DNA from: an uncultured delta proteobacterium
GTDB lineage: Bacteria; Myxococcota_A; Polyangia; Fen-1088
Direction of reading: 5' to 3'
NCBI GenBank assembly: GCA_963796685.1
Contig: CAWCMR010000025.1
Location: 928,001-992,000 of the forward strand
Length of the DNA: 64,000 nt
Shown here: positions 19,833-29,511 of the stretch, piece by piece
Layout of the letters: every line of letters starts with the position of its first letter
Position numbering within the stretch: position 1 is the stretch's first letter
The notes under the pieces: model-generated
Told to the model about the DNA's origin: nothing
The model's database searches: none
The model's input: only the letters and a program-made list of their open reading frames with translations
Translations under genes and position numbers: made by a program

Positions 19833-22800
19833 GTGGCCGAGTCAATCGATGTCCATCCGCTGCTGAGCAAGCTTTGGGACGACAAGAGGAACGGCGCCGC
19901 GGCGGCTGTCCAGGTGCGGAGCTTCCGCCCTGCGTGGTGGCGTTGCGAGCACGGGCATTCGTTCCAGCGCTCGCCGCGCAGCATGCTGAGCGACCCTGCA
20001 TGCCCGGGCTGCCAGCGCGGTCCGGGCACAAGCTCGATCGCCAAGGCGCGACCCGGCCTGGTGCCGCTGTGGCATGCCGAAAAGAACGGAAGCCTGTCGC
20101 CCAGCACCACCGATGTGGCATGCGCGCGGGGCCATCTGGTGGCGCTGCCCGCAGGGGCACGAGTTCCAGCGCTCGCCCCTGCTGATGTTGCGGGATGCAA
20201 GCTGCGCCGTCTGCACGGTCGCCACGACATCCCTGGCGGTGACCAACCCCGCCGTGGCGGCCGAGTGGCACCCGTCCCAGCAACGGCGAGGTCACGCCCG
20301 ACCAGGTTGCCCGCCGACCACGTCATGAACGCCTGGTGGCTGTGCCCCAAGGGCCACGAGTATCAGGCGACTGTCCGGTCGCGCGCCCGGGGCAACCGTA
20401 GCTGCCCGACCTGCTACGGCGGCTGGTCGCTTGAGAACCTCCGAGCCTTCGTCAAGTCGCTCGCTTTCGCATGCCGGCGCGTTCAACCCGAGCGAGCGAT
20501 TCGCCCTGGCGATGCAAGCGGGCGTGTTCGCGGACAAGGACTCGCGCCCCTTCGTCATGGCCATCTCCACGGGGCGCTTCCCGCGCGAGGAGCTGGAGAA
20601 GTTCGCCGAGGGCAAGCCGTCCCTGGTCGATGAATTTGCCGCTGACAAGGCGCTGACCCTCGAAATCGTCGACGGGCGGCAGCCCGCGAAAACCGCCACG
20701 CCGGTCGATCCCTACGCCCTGCCGGCAGCGCCCGAGCCCCTCGACGAAGGTGAGCGCGTCGATGTGGACGTCAGCCGCGAGGTTGACTCTGCGGCCGTCG
20801 CCACCGCCGCAGCGCGGCGCCGATGATGACATGCCGCTGGTCAAGACAGCGGACGCGCTCGGCGGCGCTCGACAGCGTCCTGGTGGCCAACGCCGATGCC
20901 GAGACGGTGAAGTTCCTGCTCGACAGCGCGAAGGCCAAGCTGTGGCGTCACGCCTACGTCGATGCCAAGGAGGCCCGCGAGCAAGCCGCTGGCTTCAAGG
21001 GCGACGTCTATTCGGGCCTCGTGCGCGACAGGTTTCTTGCCGAGTTCGACGAGGCCGACGCGCTGGCGCCGCCCGCGGGCTATGCCTTCCGTCCCACGCC
21101 CGACGCCCCGGTGACGCCACCGAATCTGATGCAGCGGCGGGTGGCGGTGTGCGTGCGCGCCGAACGCCGGTTCGGCAACTGGTCCGGGATGGGGGCGGGC
21201 AAGACCCTCAGCGCCATCATCGGCACGCGCGTCGTCGATGCCAGGCTGACGGTGATCTGCTGTCCCAATGCCGTGGTCGACAACTGGGAGCGCGAGATTG
21301 CGGGGGCATTTCCCGCCTCGGACGTGGCCAAGAAGACCTGGCACCCCGAGTGGAAGGATCCGCTCGGGACCACGCCGCGCTACCTGGTGCTCAACTACGA
21401 GCAGTTCCAGCAACCCAACTCAGAGGCGGAGCTGGTCGGGTTTCTCGATCGCAACGTCATCGACTTCGTCGTCGTCGACGAGATCCACTTCGCCAAGCAG
21501 CGCGAGGCCGGCGCGGAGATGTGCAAGCGCAAGCGACTGGTGCAGGGTCTTATCCTGGAGGCGGGCAAGAAGAACGGCGGATCTGTGCGTGCTCGGGATG
21601 TCGGGAACGCCGGTCATCAACACCCTGCAAGAGGGCAAGAGCCTGGTCGAGATGATCACCGGCCATCGCCACGACGATCTGGAAACGCGTGCCACGGTTC
21701 AGAACTGCATGCGGCTCTATCAGCGCCTGGTCACGCTCGGGACGCGCTGGAAGCCCGACTACAAGATCCAGCTCGACGGTCGACAAGAAGGAGATCGACT
21801 GCGAGCACGCCCTGGACGAGATCCGGGTCGTGGGTCGGGGGACGGTGCTTGAGCTAGAGCAGGTGCTGACCCGGCTGCGCCTACCGACCATCCTCGCGAA
21901 CCTTTCGCCCGGCGAGAAGGTCGTCATCTACACCCACTACGTGGACGGCATCGCGGGCACGCTGCGCGACGCGCATCCACACCGCAGGCTATCGTGTCGG
22001 GCATGCTGACCGGCGGGACCGACGACGTCGATCTCAAGGAGTTCCTGAAGCCCGACGGCAACATTGATGTCCTCATCGCCTCGAGTCGCATCGGCACGGG
22101 CGTCAACGGCCTGCAATACGTCTGCAACAAGCTGATCATCAACTCGCTGCCGTGGACGAACGCCGAGTACGAGCAGCTCATCGGGCGGCTGTACCGGCAG
22201 GGCAGCCGCTTTGACCAGGTGCGGGTCATCATCCCGGTGACCTTCGCGATGGTGAACGGTGAACGCTGGTCCTACTGCGAGTCGCAAGCTGCACCGGCTC
22301 GAGTACAAGAAATCGATCGCCGACGCCGCCGTCGACGGGGTCGTGCCCGAGGGCAACCTGCGCACGCCCGCGCAGGCGCAGCAGGACATCATGGATTGGC
22401 TGGCGCGGCTGGAGAGCGGCAAGATGAGCCGAGGTCGCAGCGGCCGGTCATCAAGATCCCGCTCTCGGGCGAGCCCAACGAAGTCGAGCGGCGGGTCGCG
22501 CGCTACGGCGACTTCTCGAAGATGAACAACCGTTGGTACGCGTCGGGCAGCGAGTCGACCCACGCCAGGCTGGCCAGCAACCCCGAGGAGTGGGCCCACT
22601 ACCACACGATGTACCGGCAGATTCGAGAGTCCTGGCCTGTGGTGCCCTACAAGGAGGAGATCCGCTGGCTGTCCGAGCGGGAGGGGCACGTCATCGGCGA
22701 CTTCGGGTGTGGCGAGGCGCTGATCGCGCGAAGCCGGCCAAAGACCGCCATCAGGTCCACAGCTTCGACCACGTGGCGGTGGGCGGCAGCGTGGTCGCCT

Positions 22801-23112
22801 GCGACATCGCGCACGTGCCGCTCGAAGACGAGCTCCCTGGACGTCGCGATCTTTTGCCTCTCGCTCATGGGCGCGAACTTCACGGACTACGTGCGCGAGG
22901 CGCATCGCTGCCTTCGCCTCGACGGCTGGCTACACATCTGGGAGCCTGCCAGCTACTTCGACGACGTCACGAAGTTCTGCTCGCAGCTCGGTCGCCTGGG
23001 CTTCGACGTGGTGGAACCGCAGACCGAGGGTGCCTTTGTCCGGATCTACGCTGCGCGGAATGCCAAGAAGGTGGATCCGACAATCGTCCTGCCATTCCGA
23101 GGGCATGGTTAG
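19833..23112 (+). CDS. Fusion of three Zn-ribbons, an SF2 (SNF2-like) helicase and an Rrp8/nucleomethylin-like SAM methyltransferase; several frameshifts
   Basis: WWxCxxGH...CxxC three times; 'GMGAGKT', 'DEIH', 'SGTP', 'QLIGRLYRQG'; 'IGDFGCGEA', 'VHSFD', 'CDIAHVPL', 'FCLSLMGANF'. Confidence 0.8.
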
Positions 23113-23327
23113 TTACCTCGCGCGGTCCGGTCTGCACTGCCTTCCACGCTGCCGTCCCGGAAGGTGCAAAGCGCGAACTGGATCGCATCTTGGATGCGAA
23201 GCTGGTGCTCCACGGCCCATCGCATGAGGGCCTCGAACAGCTTGCGATCGAGGTGCAGGCCGTCGAGCACGACGAAGCGGCCACACGAGGAGACCTTGGC
23301 GGGCATCATGTCGGGATCTATCGGCAA
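23109..23327 (-). CDS. Small hypothetical protein
   Basis: 72-aa ORF with plausible composition. Confidence 0.35.
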   Translation of the reverse strand: MPIDPDMMPAKVSSCGRFVVLDGLHLDRKLFEALMRWAVEHQLRIQDAIQFALCTFRDGSVEGSADRTARGN

Positions 23328-23453
23328 AGCCCCTGCGATTGTTGCTTGGAATCGAAGATTGATGCCCGCCAGCCGCCCAGGTGATCACCTACTCGCGCCC
23401 CGTCATCGAATCGCGTGGGGAGCCGCCGAGCTTCGCTCGGCGCGTACCGTCGT

Positions 23454-23604
23454 GGGAAGGTTTGGAAACCCTCCCAGTTCCGCCACCGGGCCGAAGGCCC
23501 GGATCCTTCAGTCATGAAACGTGGCAGCCCCTCACCCGCCTCGCTGCGCTCGGCGACCTCTCCCCGCTTCGCGGGGCGAGGTGGTTTCAGGTCAGGGTTT
23601 CCAT
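23454..23604 (+). repeat. ~150-bp REP-family element, second copy of 1323-1483
   Basis: Bounded by GGAAACCCT...AGGGTTTCC; internal CCCCTCACCC...CCTCTCCCC...GGGGCGAGG hairpin. Confidence 0.85.
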
Positions 23605-23613
23605 CTCCATGTC

Positions 23614-24182
23614 GCGTGAAGTACGCCTACGAGCTGACCCGCAAGCGCAACAGCAAGAAGAAGATGCTGACCCTCGTCCACAAGTGCAACGTCCTGACCC
23701 ACGCCGGCGACTTGTGGGTGCGCGTGCACAAGGAGATCGGCGACAAGCTCTATCCCGAGATCAAGCAGGACTACAACCACGTCGACGCCTGCACCATGTG
23801 GTTCGTCAAGCAGCCCGAGTACTACGACGTCATCGTCACCGAGAACCTCTTCGGCGACATCATCACCGACCTCGCCGCCATCATCCAAGGCGGCCTTGGC
23901 ATCGCCGCCGGCGGCAACATCAACCCCGAAGGCGTCTCCATGTTCGAGCCCATGGGCGGCAGCGCCCCCAAGTACACCGGCAAGAACGTCATCAACCCGC
24001 TCGCCACCATCTGCGCCGGCGGCATGATGATGGACACCCTCGGCGAGCCCGCCATCGCCAAGGCCGTCGACCAAGCCGTCCACGACGCCCTCGCCTCAGG
24101 CAAAATCAAGAGCCTCTCCGCCGGCAAGATGGGCATGGGCACCCGCGAGGTCGGGGACATGATCGCGAAGTTGGTGAGTTAG
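23614..24182 (+). pseudogene. leuB: Duplicated 3' half of leuB (matches 11513-12081)
   Basis: 569-bp near-identical direct repeat; differences mostly synonymous and 3'-biased; lacks the 5' half. Confidence 0.95.
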
Positions 24183-24223
24183 CCTTTCGCCACGCTCCGC
24201 GCGGCCGCAGCAGCGGCCCAATT

Positions 24224-24277
24224 GCCTCGCCCCGCGAAGCGGGGAGAGCCCGACGCGCGAAGCGCGGCCGGTGAGGG
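24224..24277 (-). repeat. Inverted copy of the CCCCTCACC...GGGGCGAGG palindromic repeat
   Basis: Reverse complement matches 23527-23582. Confidence 0.8.
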
Positions 24278-24319
24278 GCAACTTGCACACACCGCCGACA
24301 CACAACCCGCGTTCACTGG

Positions 24320-24459
24320 GCCGGTCTGTTCGTGTCTGCCAGAAATGCAAGGCCCTGCTCCGCCTGATTGCGCTCATCAATCCGGTTGACGTCCCTCAGC
24401 TGCGCCCCGCGCGCCCACCGCCCCAGAAGGCGGGTGGCAGCGATGACTGGCTGAACTGA
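24320..24459 (+). mobile_element. IS91-like transposase C-terminal remnant
   Basis: 'VCQKCKALLRLIALI...PARPPP' resembles the CxxC...RIIAFI...ARAPP tail of IS91-family transposases. Confidence 0.45.
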
Positions 24460-24614
24460 ACGCGACCTTAGCGGGGCTGTGATGGGGCAGACTACGCCTT
24501 GTGGTCGAGACAGGCTCTTCGGCATGCGAATCGCGCGATCAAACCCGCTCCGTAGGGCACGCCAGGCACGCACGAGGGTTCGGCGGCACATGGAGGCATG
24601 GGTTCTCGGACCGG

Positions 24615-24789
24615 AAATAGGGGCAGCCTCCTGCTGGACGCCGGCGTGTTCGCCGCTTCCGCGAACGCCGCCGCGAGGGTCAACCTCGCCGGGCCCGCCG
24701 CCACGGTCGCGGGCACGATGGTCACGCTGGACGCGGGCGGCAAGGTGGTGGTGAACGCGGGTGGCGTGGAGGCCACCGGCAACGGCTGA
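24615..24789 (+). pseudogene. Fragment resembling a VgrG/gp5 C-terminal beta-helix
   Basis: 'ARVNLAGPAATVAGTMVTLDAGGKVVVNAGGV'; no 5' part. Confidence 0.35.
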
Positions 24790-24809
24790 GGTGGATTGTC
24801 GACGGAACC

Positions 24810-25691
24810 CTAGGCGGTGGTCAGGCGCCACAGCTCGGCCAGGCGCTCGGGCGCGGTGGCCGCGCGGATGATCGCCGGGCCGCCCGTCATCTGGTACTCG
24901 CGCAGGTCGACGATGCGGGCGTAGTCCGAGTGGGCGTCCACCTGGAACTTGCGTTCGCGCAAGACTTGCTGTGCCTCGTGCGCGAGCGCGTGCCCGCAGC
25001 CGCCGTCACGGGCGAGGTAGAGGCAAGTCCATAACGCCATGCGGTTGGTCGTCCAGCCCATGGATTCCGGGTGGCGCCCCCACGAGACAAGCAAGATGCG
25101 CGACATGTCGTGCGGGTCGTAGAGCGCCCAGCAGACGTTGGCGATGAACGCGAGGTCCTCGCCGGTCGACAAGGAAAGCGTGCCGAGCAGTCGGCGCTGC
25201 AGATGGTCCTCCCACCAGCGCGACGCGAATCCTGTCGCCCCTCGCTTGAGGGTAAGCCCGAGCTGATGGGCCACCGCCACGAGCCCAGCATCGATGAGCC
25301 GGCGCTCGCGACGGAAGAAGCGGAAGACGAGGGCGACGAGACCGATGAAGCCGCCGACCTGCGCGATGAGGTTCCACGGCCGGTAATGCCGGGACAGCAT
25401 CCAATGGCTCCACGGCGATCGCTTGGGCCAGCTCAGCGCCCAATGTCCGCTGCTCACGCCGTAGGCGGTCCACTCCAGCCCCACCCAGAGCACGATGAAG
25501 ATGATGACGGCGTAGATGAACGCCGACTGGACCTCGAAGGCGCCCTCCACCACGCTGCCGACCGCCGACAGCCAGGACGGCATGCGCTTGACGGGATGGC
25601 GCCTGACGTGGACCACCCACGCGGTGAAGGCGATAGCGAAGCCCACCATGATGAGCACGCCGACAAGGAGCTGGATCTGGCTGCTGGTCAT
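24810..25691 (-). CDS. Membrane protein with three TM segments; last gene of the DUF2169 cassette
   Basis: Start overlaps the stop of the upstream gene; hydrophobic N-terminal half. Confidence 0.7.
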   Translation of the reverse strand: MTSSQIQLLVGVLIMVGFAIAFTAWVVHVRRHPVKRMPSWLSAVGSVVEGAFEVQSAFIYAVIIFIVLWVGLEWTAYGVSSGHWALSWPKRSPWSHWMLSRHYRPWNLIAQVGGFIGLVALVFRFFRRERRLIDAGLVAVAHQLGLTLKRGATGFASRWWEDHLQRRLLGTLSLSTGEDLAFIANVCWALYDPHDMSRILLVSWGRHPESMGWTTNRMALWTCLYLARDGGCGHALAHEAQQVLRERKFQVDAHSDYARIVDLREYQMTGGPAIIRAATAPERLAELWRLTTA

Positions 25692-26257
25692 GGGTCTTCG
25701 TTGGCGGGGGGAACCACGCCGTCCACCGCGAGACTCGCATCCCCGGTTTGGTCGCGTCGCGGAACCAGCGACGGCATGATGGTCGAGACGAGCTCGGCGG
25801 CCAGCTCGCGCTGCATCCAGGGCGGGACCTGGTCCGGGTTGTCGCAGTTGAGGCGAATCTGCTCGCCCATGAGACGTACCCGATCGTTGGCTTCGATCTT
25901 CACGTCACCGCTTCGCGCCTCGATGCTCGTCGCTGCGCCGACCAGGCGCACCTCCTCGGTGGCCTTGACCTCGAAGCTCTGACATTGCACGGCGAGCTGC
26001 TTGGGCGTGACGATCTGGATGTCGGCACTCTCGAACACCAGCTTGGGGCCGGCTTCGGTGAGAATGACGGTCAACTCCGCCTTCCCACTAGGGCTGACGA
26101 TGTCGATTCGCTCCTGACCCAGCGACAGGGAAAGCCGCACGGTCCGTCCGCTGCGGGGCGCGGTCAACGCCGAGCTGCTTGCGGCCATCGGCAGCGATCC
26201 CGTCGCGCTCACCGCCCTGCCCTTGTCATCTTCACCGTCTGCCAAGGCTCCTCCCAT
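25688..26257 (-). CDS. gp5/VgrG-needle-like beta-strand protein
   Basis: Repeating beta-strands ending 'VKIEANDRVRLMGEQIRLN'; DUF2169 context. Confidence 0.55.
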   Translation of the reverse strand: MGGALADGEDDKGRAVSATGSLPMAASSSALTAPRSGRTVRLSLSLGQERIDIVSPSGKAELTVILTEAGPKLVFESADIQIVTPKQLAVQCQSFEVKATEEVRLVGAATSIEARSGDVKIEANDRVRLMGEQIRLNCDNPDQVPPWMQRELAAELVSTIMPSLVPRRDQTGDASLAVDGVVPPANEDP

Positions 26258-26951
26258 CTATCCCGGCCACCGCACGGAATGCCGGACCTTCTCTTGCTGG
26301 GCTTCCGTCAGCGGACGGTCGGCCGCCCAGGTACCCGACCACAGCATGACCAGGCGGCTCTCGTCGGTGTTGACGAGGACGGTCTTGAGCGCCGGCTCGA
26401 GCTCCTTCGCGGCGCCGTAGGTTTTTGAGGAAGGGCACGAGCGGATCGGGATGGGTCTCTTCCGCCCAGATGTCCCGGCCGCCGTAGGCGCGATCGTAGG
26501 TCAGATCCATCGAGACGAACGGCTCGGGAGCGGTGAAACGAAGCTGCCCGTTGGCGAGGAGCTCGACCATGCGGTCGCCGATCACGCGGATCCGGCAAGC
26601 GCGCTTGCGCGCATCCTCGGCGGTGGTGATGGCGGTCAGGACCGCGACGCTGACCTCGGTCATGGGGCGCGGGCCGCCCGTCACGTAGGCCTTGCCCTGC
26701 ACGACGACGTCGGTGCCCGGCTTGCCGTTGCACATGAGGTCCGATTCGGCGCGCGGGGGCGCGCCGCCCCCCTGCCCCTTCTTGTCGTAGTAGAGCTCGT
26801 CGAACTGGAGCGGAACCTGCATCGACGCAATCTTGCAGTAGCCGGTGGGCAGGATGTCGTAGGTGCGCTTGGCCAGGATGTGAAGGACGTCGGCACCGGC
26901 GCCGTCATCGGTCCCGACCAGCATCGAAAGTAAGGGCTCTAGCTCGGCCAT
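26258..26951 (-). pseudogene. DUF2169 family protein with internal deletion/frameshift
   Basis: 'KRTY', 'ESDL...KPGTDVVVQGKAY', 'RVIGDR', 'YDRAYGG'; jumps near 26420 to the C-terminal 'LKTVLVNTDESRLVMLW'. Confidence 0.75.
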
Positions 26952-26960
26952 CGTAGATTC

Positions 26961-28052
26961 CTACTCCGAACGAGACGCGCCGCCGCCACGGGGTGGGGTC
27001 GACCCGCTGCTGCCTCGTGGTTCGGCGTTCCCCTTTCCACCCTCCCCGCCCTCTCCTTCCCCGCCTTCACCCTCTTCACCTTCCTCGCCAAACTTCTCTT
27101 CGACCCAGTCGGTCCCCTTCTCGCCGCCCTCACCGGCCAGATCCACCGCCGGTTCCGTCAAGGGCGACGCCAGCTTCTCGATTCCCCGGTCGACGCCCTT
27201 GGCCGCAAGCCGCTCGACGCTCTTTTCGACCTGATGCTCGACGATGTCTTCCACCTTCTTCTCGACCTGCTTCGACATCTCCATCCCGACTTCGTTCGCC
27301 AGGCGATCCTCGACCGCATGGAGCGCCTTCTCCGTCAGTTTCTGCGTCAGACGACGGGTCAGCGGCTTGAGCGCCACACTGAGGATCTTCTCGGCGAGCT
27401 TCTCGAGCTTCTCCTTGGCCCACTTGAAACCGGGCACGTATTTGAAGAGGGACTCGAGCAGCTTGGACGCGACGGCATCGGCGATCGCGGCGACCAGGTT
27501 GCCGATGATGGCGGCGAACGTCATGCCCGCGAAGACCGTGCTCGGGACCTGGACGTTGAAGACGTTCGGCAGGATCTGAACACCCTTGACGTTCATCTTG
27601 GGCATGGGCTCGGAGCACATCGAGAAATTCGCGGCACCGACGCACATGCCTGGCGCGATGAAGAGGACCGCCGGGTTGGCGGCACCGTCCGGGAACTCCG
27701 CCTTGATCGAATACGGTCCCCAGACCGCCTTGGCTTGCCCGAATCCGATGACGATCGCCATCAGCCCGAGGTCGAGCGGCGGCGGCACCGCCGAGGGCAA
27801 GGGCGGCAGTCCCGTGGAAAGATGCGGGCGCAGGAACTTGCTGTCGTGGCCGCGCTTGATCAAGTTCCCGGTATGCGCGCTCACCGAAGGCGAGGGCTGG
27901 TCACCCAAGGGGATGTAGATGGGGCCGATCGAGATGCAGATCTCGTTGGGATTGGGCGCCGGCACTCCGAGGGGAGTCAGCCCGAGACAGATGTGCTTCT
28001 CCGTGCCCATGATCAGGCACAGTGGCTTCATCAACTGACATGGAATGGGCAT
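26961..28052 (-). CDS. PAAR-like N-terminus with helical/charged C-terminal extension (putative specialised effector)
   Basis: Pro/His/Cys-rich N-terminus ('KHIC...PAPNP', 'GHD...PH', 'C.EP'); flanked by DUF2169 genes. Confidence 0.55.
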   Translation of the reverse strand: MPIPCQLMKPLCLIMGTEKHICLGLTPLGVPAPNPNEICISIGPIYIPLGDQPSPSVSAHTGNLIKRGHDSKFLRPHLSTGLPPLPSAVPPPLDLGLMAIVIGFGQAKAVWGPYSIKAEFPDGAANPAVLFIAPGMCVGAANFSMCSEPMPKMNVKGVQILPNVFNVQVPSTVFAGMTFAAIIGNLVAAIADAVASKLLESLFKYVPGFKWAKEKLEKLAEKILSVALKPLTRRLTQKLTEKALHAVEDRLANEVGMEMSKQVEKKVEDIVEHQVEKSVERLAAKGVDRGIEKLASPLTEPAVDLAGEGGEKGTDWVEEKFGEEGEEGEGGEGEGGEGGKGNAEPRGSSGSTPPRGGGASRSE

Positions 28053-28069
28053 GCTGAACGTCCTGGTCG

Positions 28070-29053
28070 TTACACGGCGGCAAGCTCGAGCACGGCCGAG
28101 CGCTTCTCCTTCGGCCGCAGTCCGTATTTGAAGCGTGCAATCCAAGTCATGACCACCAGCCGTTTGGGTACAATCACCCAGAGCCCGGCCACCTTCATCG
28201 GATACGTCCCACGACGACGGCCGACCTGGGTGCGGACGCTGGCCACGAGCGACGGCACCCGGAAGCGGAACGACTCGACGCCCAGGTCGATCTGCACCGG
28301 GTCGCCGGGCCTGATCTCCGGCAGCAGCAAGGGTGGCGGGGCGGCCGACTGGTGGACCTCGCGGCTCTTCTGACTGATCTCCTTCTCGTCGAGGGGCTGG
28401 CGCGAGCTGCGTGTCCGTTCGGCCACCCACTCGGCCAGTTGCCAGGCCTGGGCGTTGGTGACCGGGCCCCAGGTGGCGATGGGGGGCTGGTCGTTCCACT
28501 TGCGGATCAACCAGTCGGGCCGTTCCAGGTTGGGCAGCGGCTGCTCGGCGGCTTGCGCAGCCGAGAGATAGAAACCTTTGCCGGCGGGGTTCAAGGGATG
28601 CGGAAAGGCCATGCCCTCGTAGTCCGCGGTTCCCCCGAACGAGCGGGCAAGGCCGAGATCGAGCTCGCCGAGCAGCGCGGGTTGGCTGGCCACGAGCTCG
28701 TTGCCGCGCTTGACCCACCGACGGTCGCCGAAGACGAGCATGCGGTTCGTGAAGGATCCGACGGACAGCCTGACCTCGAGGTGGGGCACGGGCCGGCGGG
28801 ATTTCGCCGTTCCCACCACGACCAGCTCGGCCTGCGGGCGCAGTGGGTAGTCGTCCGCAGGAAACCGCCCCACCTCCGTCGTGAGGGCCTCGCCAAAGAC
28901 GGGCCATTGCTCCGCATGCAGCGGCAGCTCGCCCTGGTTCCCGTCGAGCAGAGCGTAAGTCTTGCGCGCCACCACCCACCCGCCGTTCAGGTCTTCGTGC
29001 AGGGCTCCGGTGAACAGCCGGGCCTGCAGGTCCGTATGGTTGGCAAGCTTCAT
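28070..29053 (-). CDS. DUF2169 family T6SS adaptor
   Basis: 'RMLVFGDRRW', 'RSFGG', 'NPAGKGF', 'LPNLE', 'HQSAAPP'. Confidence 0.85.
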   Translation of the reverse strand: MKLANHTDLQARLFTGALHEDLNGGWVVARKTYALLDGNQGELPLHAEQWPVFGEALTTEVGRFPADDYPLRPQAELVVVGTAKSRRPVPHLEVRLSVGSFTNRMLVFGDRRWVKRGNELVASQPALLGELDLGLARSFGGTADYEGMAFPHPLNPAGKGFYLSAAQAAEQPLPNLERPDWLIRKWNDQPPIATWGPVTNAQAWQLAEWVAERTRSSRQPLDEKEISQKSREVHQSAAPPPLLLPEIRPGDPVQIDLGVESFRFRVPSLVASVRTQVGRRRGTYPMKVAGLWVIVPKRLVVMTWIARFKYGLRPKEKRSAVLELAAV

Positions 29054-29269
29054 GCCGCCGTGCCTTTGCCGGCAGACGACCGCGTGGCACTCGGGAGGAG
29101 GGTTAGGACAGACTTCATCTTGGTGTTGCGCTAAGCGAGAAGGTTAGCCCGATGTTGCCGCAGCCTCGCTGCTTTGCCAAGGCGATTCCCCTGGAGCTGC
29201 CCGGCTTCCGTCCGGCCATGATCGCAGGTTGTGTCGCACCATGGTGGTGCTCGTCAGCGACCGTGCGCG

Positions 29270-29420
29270 CCGGACCGCACTTTCTACGGGCTCGCTGCTC
29301 GCTGCTCTACTCGGCCAGGTACGGTGCCCGAGCTGCATGGGCTCATGTCGTGCGGAATCTTGGGTCGAGGCTTCGCGCACCTTTTCTGTAAGACCTGCCG
29401 CGAGCACCATGCTCTGCTCA
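29270..29420 (+). mobile_element. IS91-like transposase Zn-binding N-terminal remnant
   Basis: 'CGILGRGFAHLFCKTCREH' matches the CGILxxGFxRxxCxxC motif. Confidence 0.65.
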
Positions 29421-29511
29421 GACTCCGCCCCGGGACAGCACCTCTCCCTCGAGTCTCACCATCAACGTCGGCGCGGCCTTTACTACCGCCTTTACCACCC
29501 CGCGCAAACCG

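Noticed and set aside
5606-23112. Frameshifted genes as true pseudogenes or phase-variable loci
   Set aside because: Scattered single-base insertions without in-frame stops, also in core-like genes (6143, 9460, 62281), point to long-read error.
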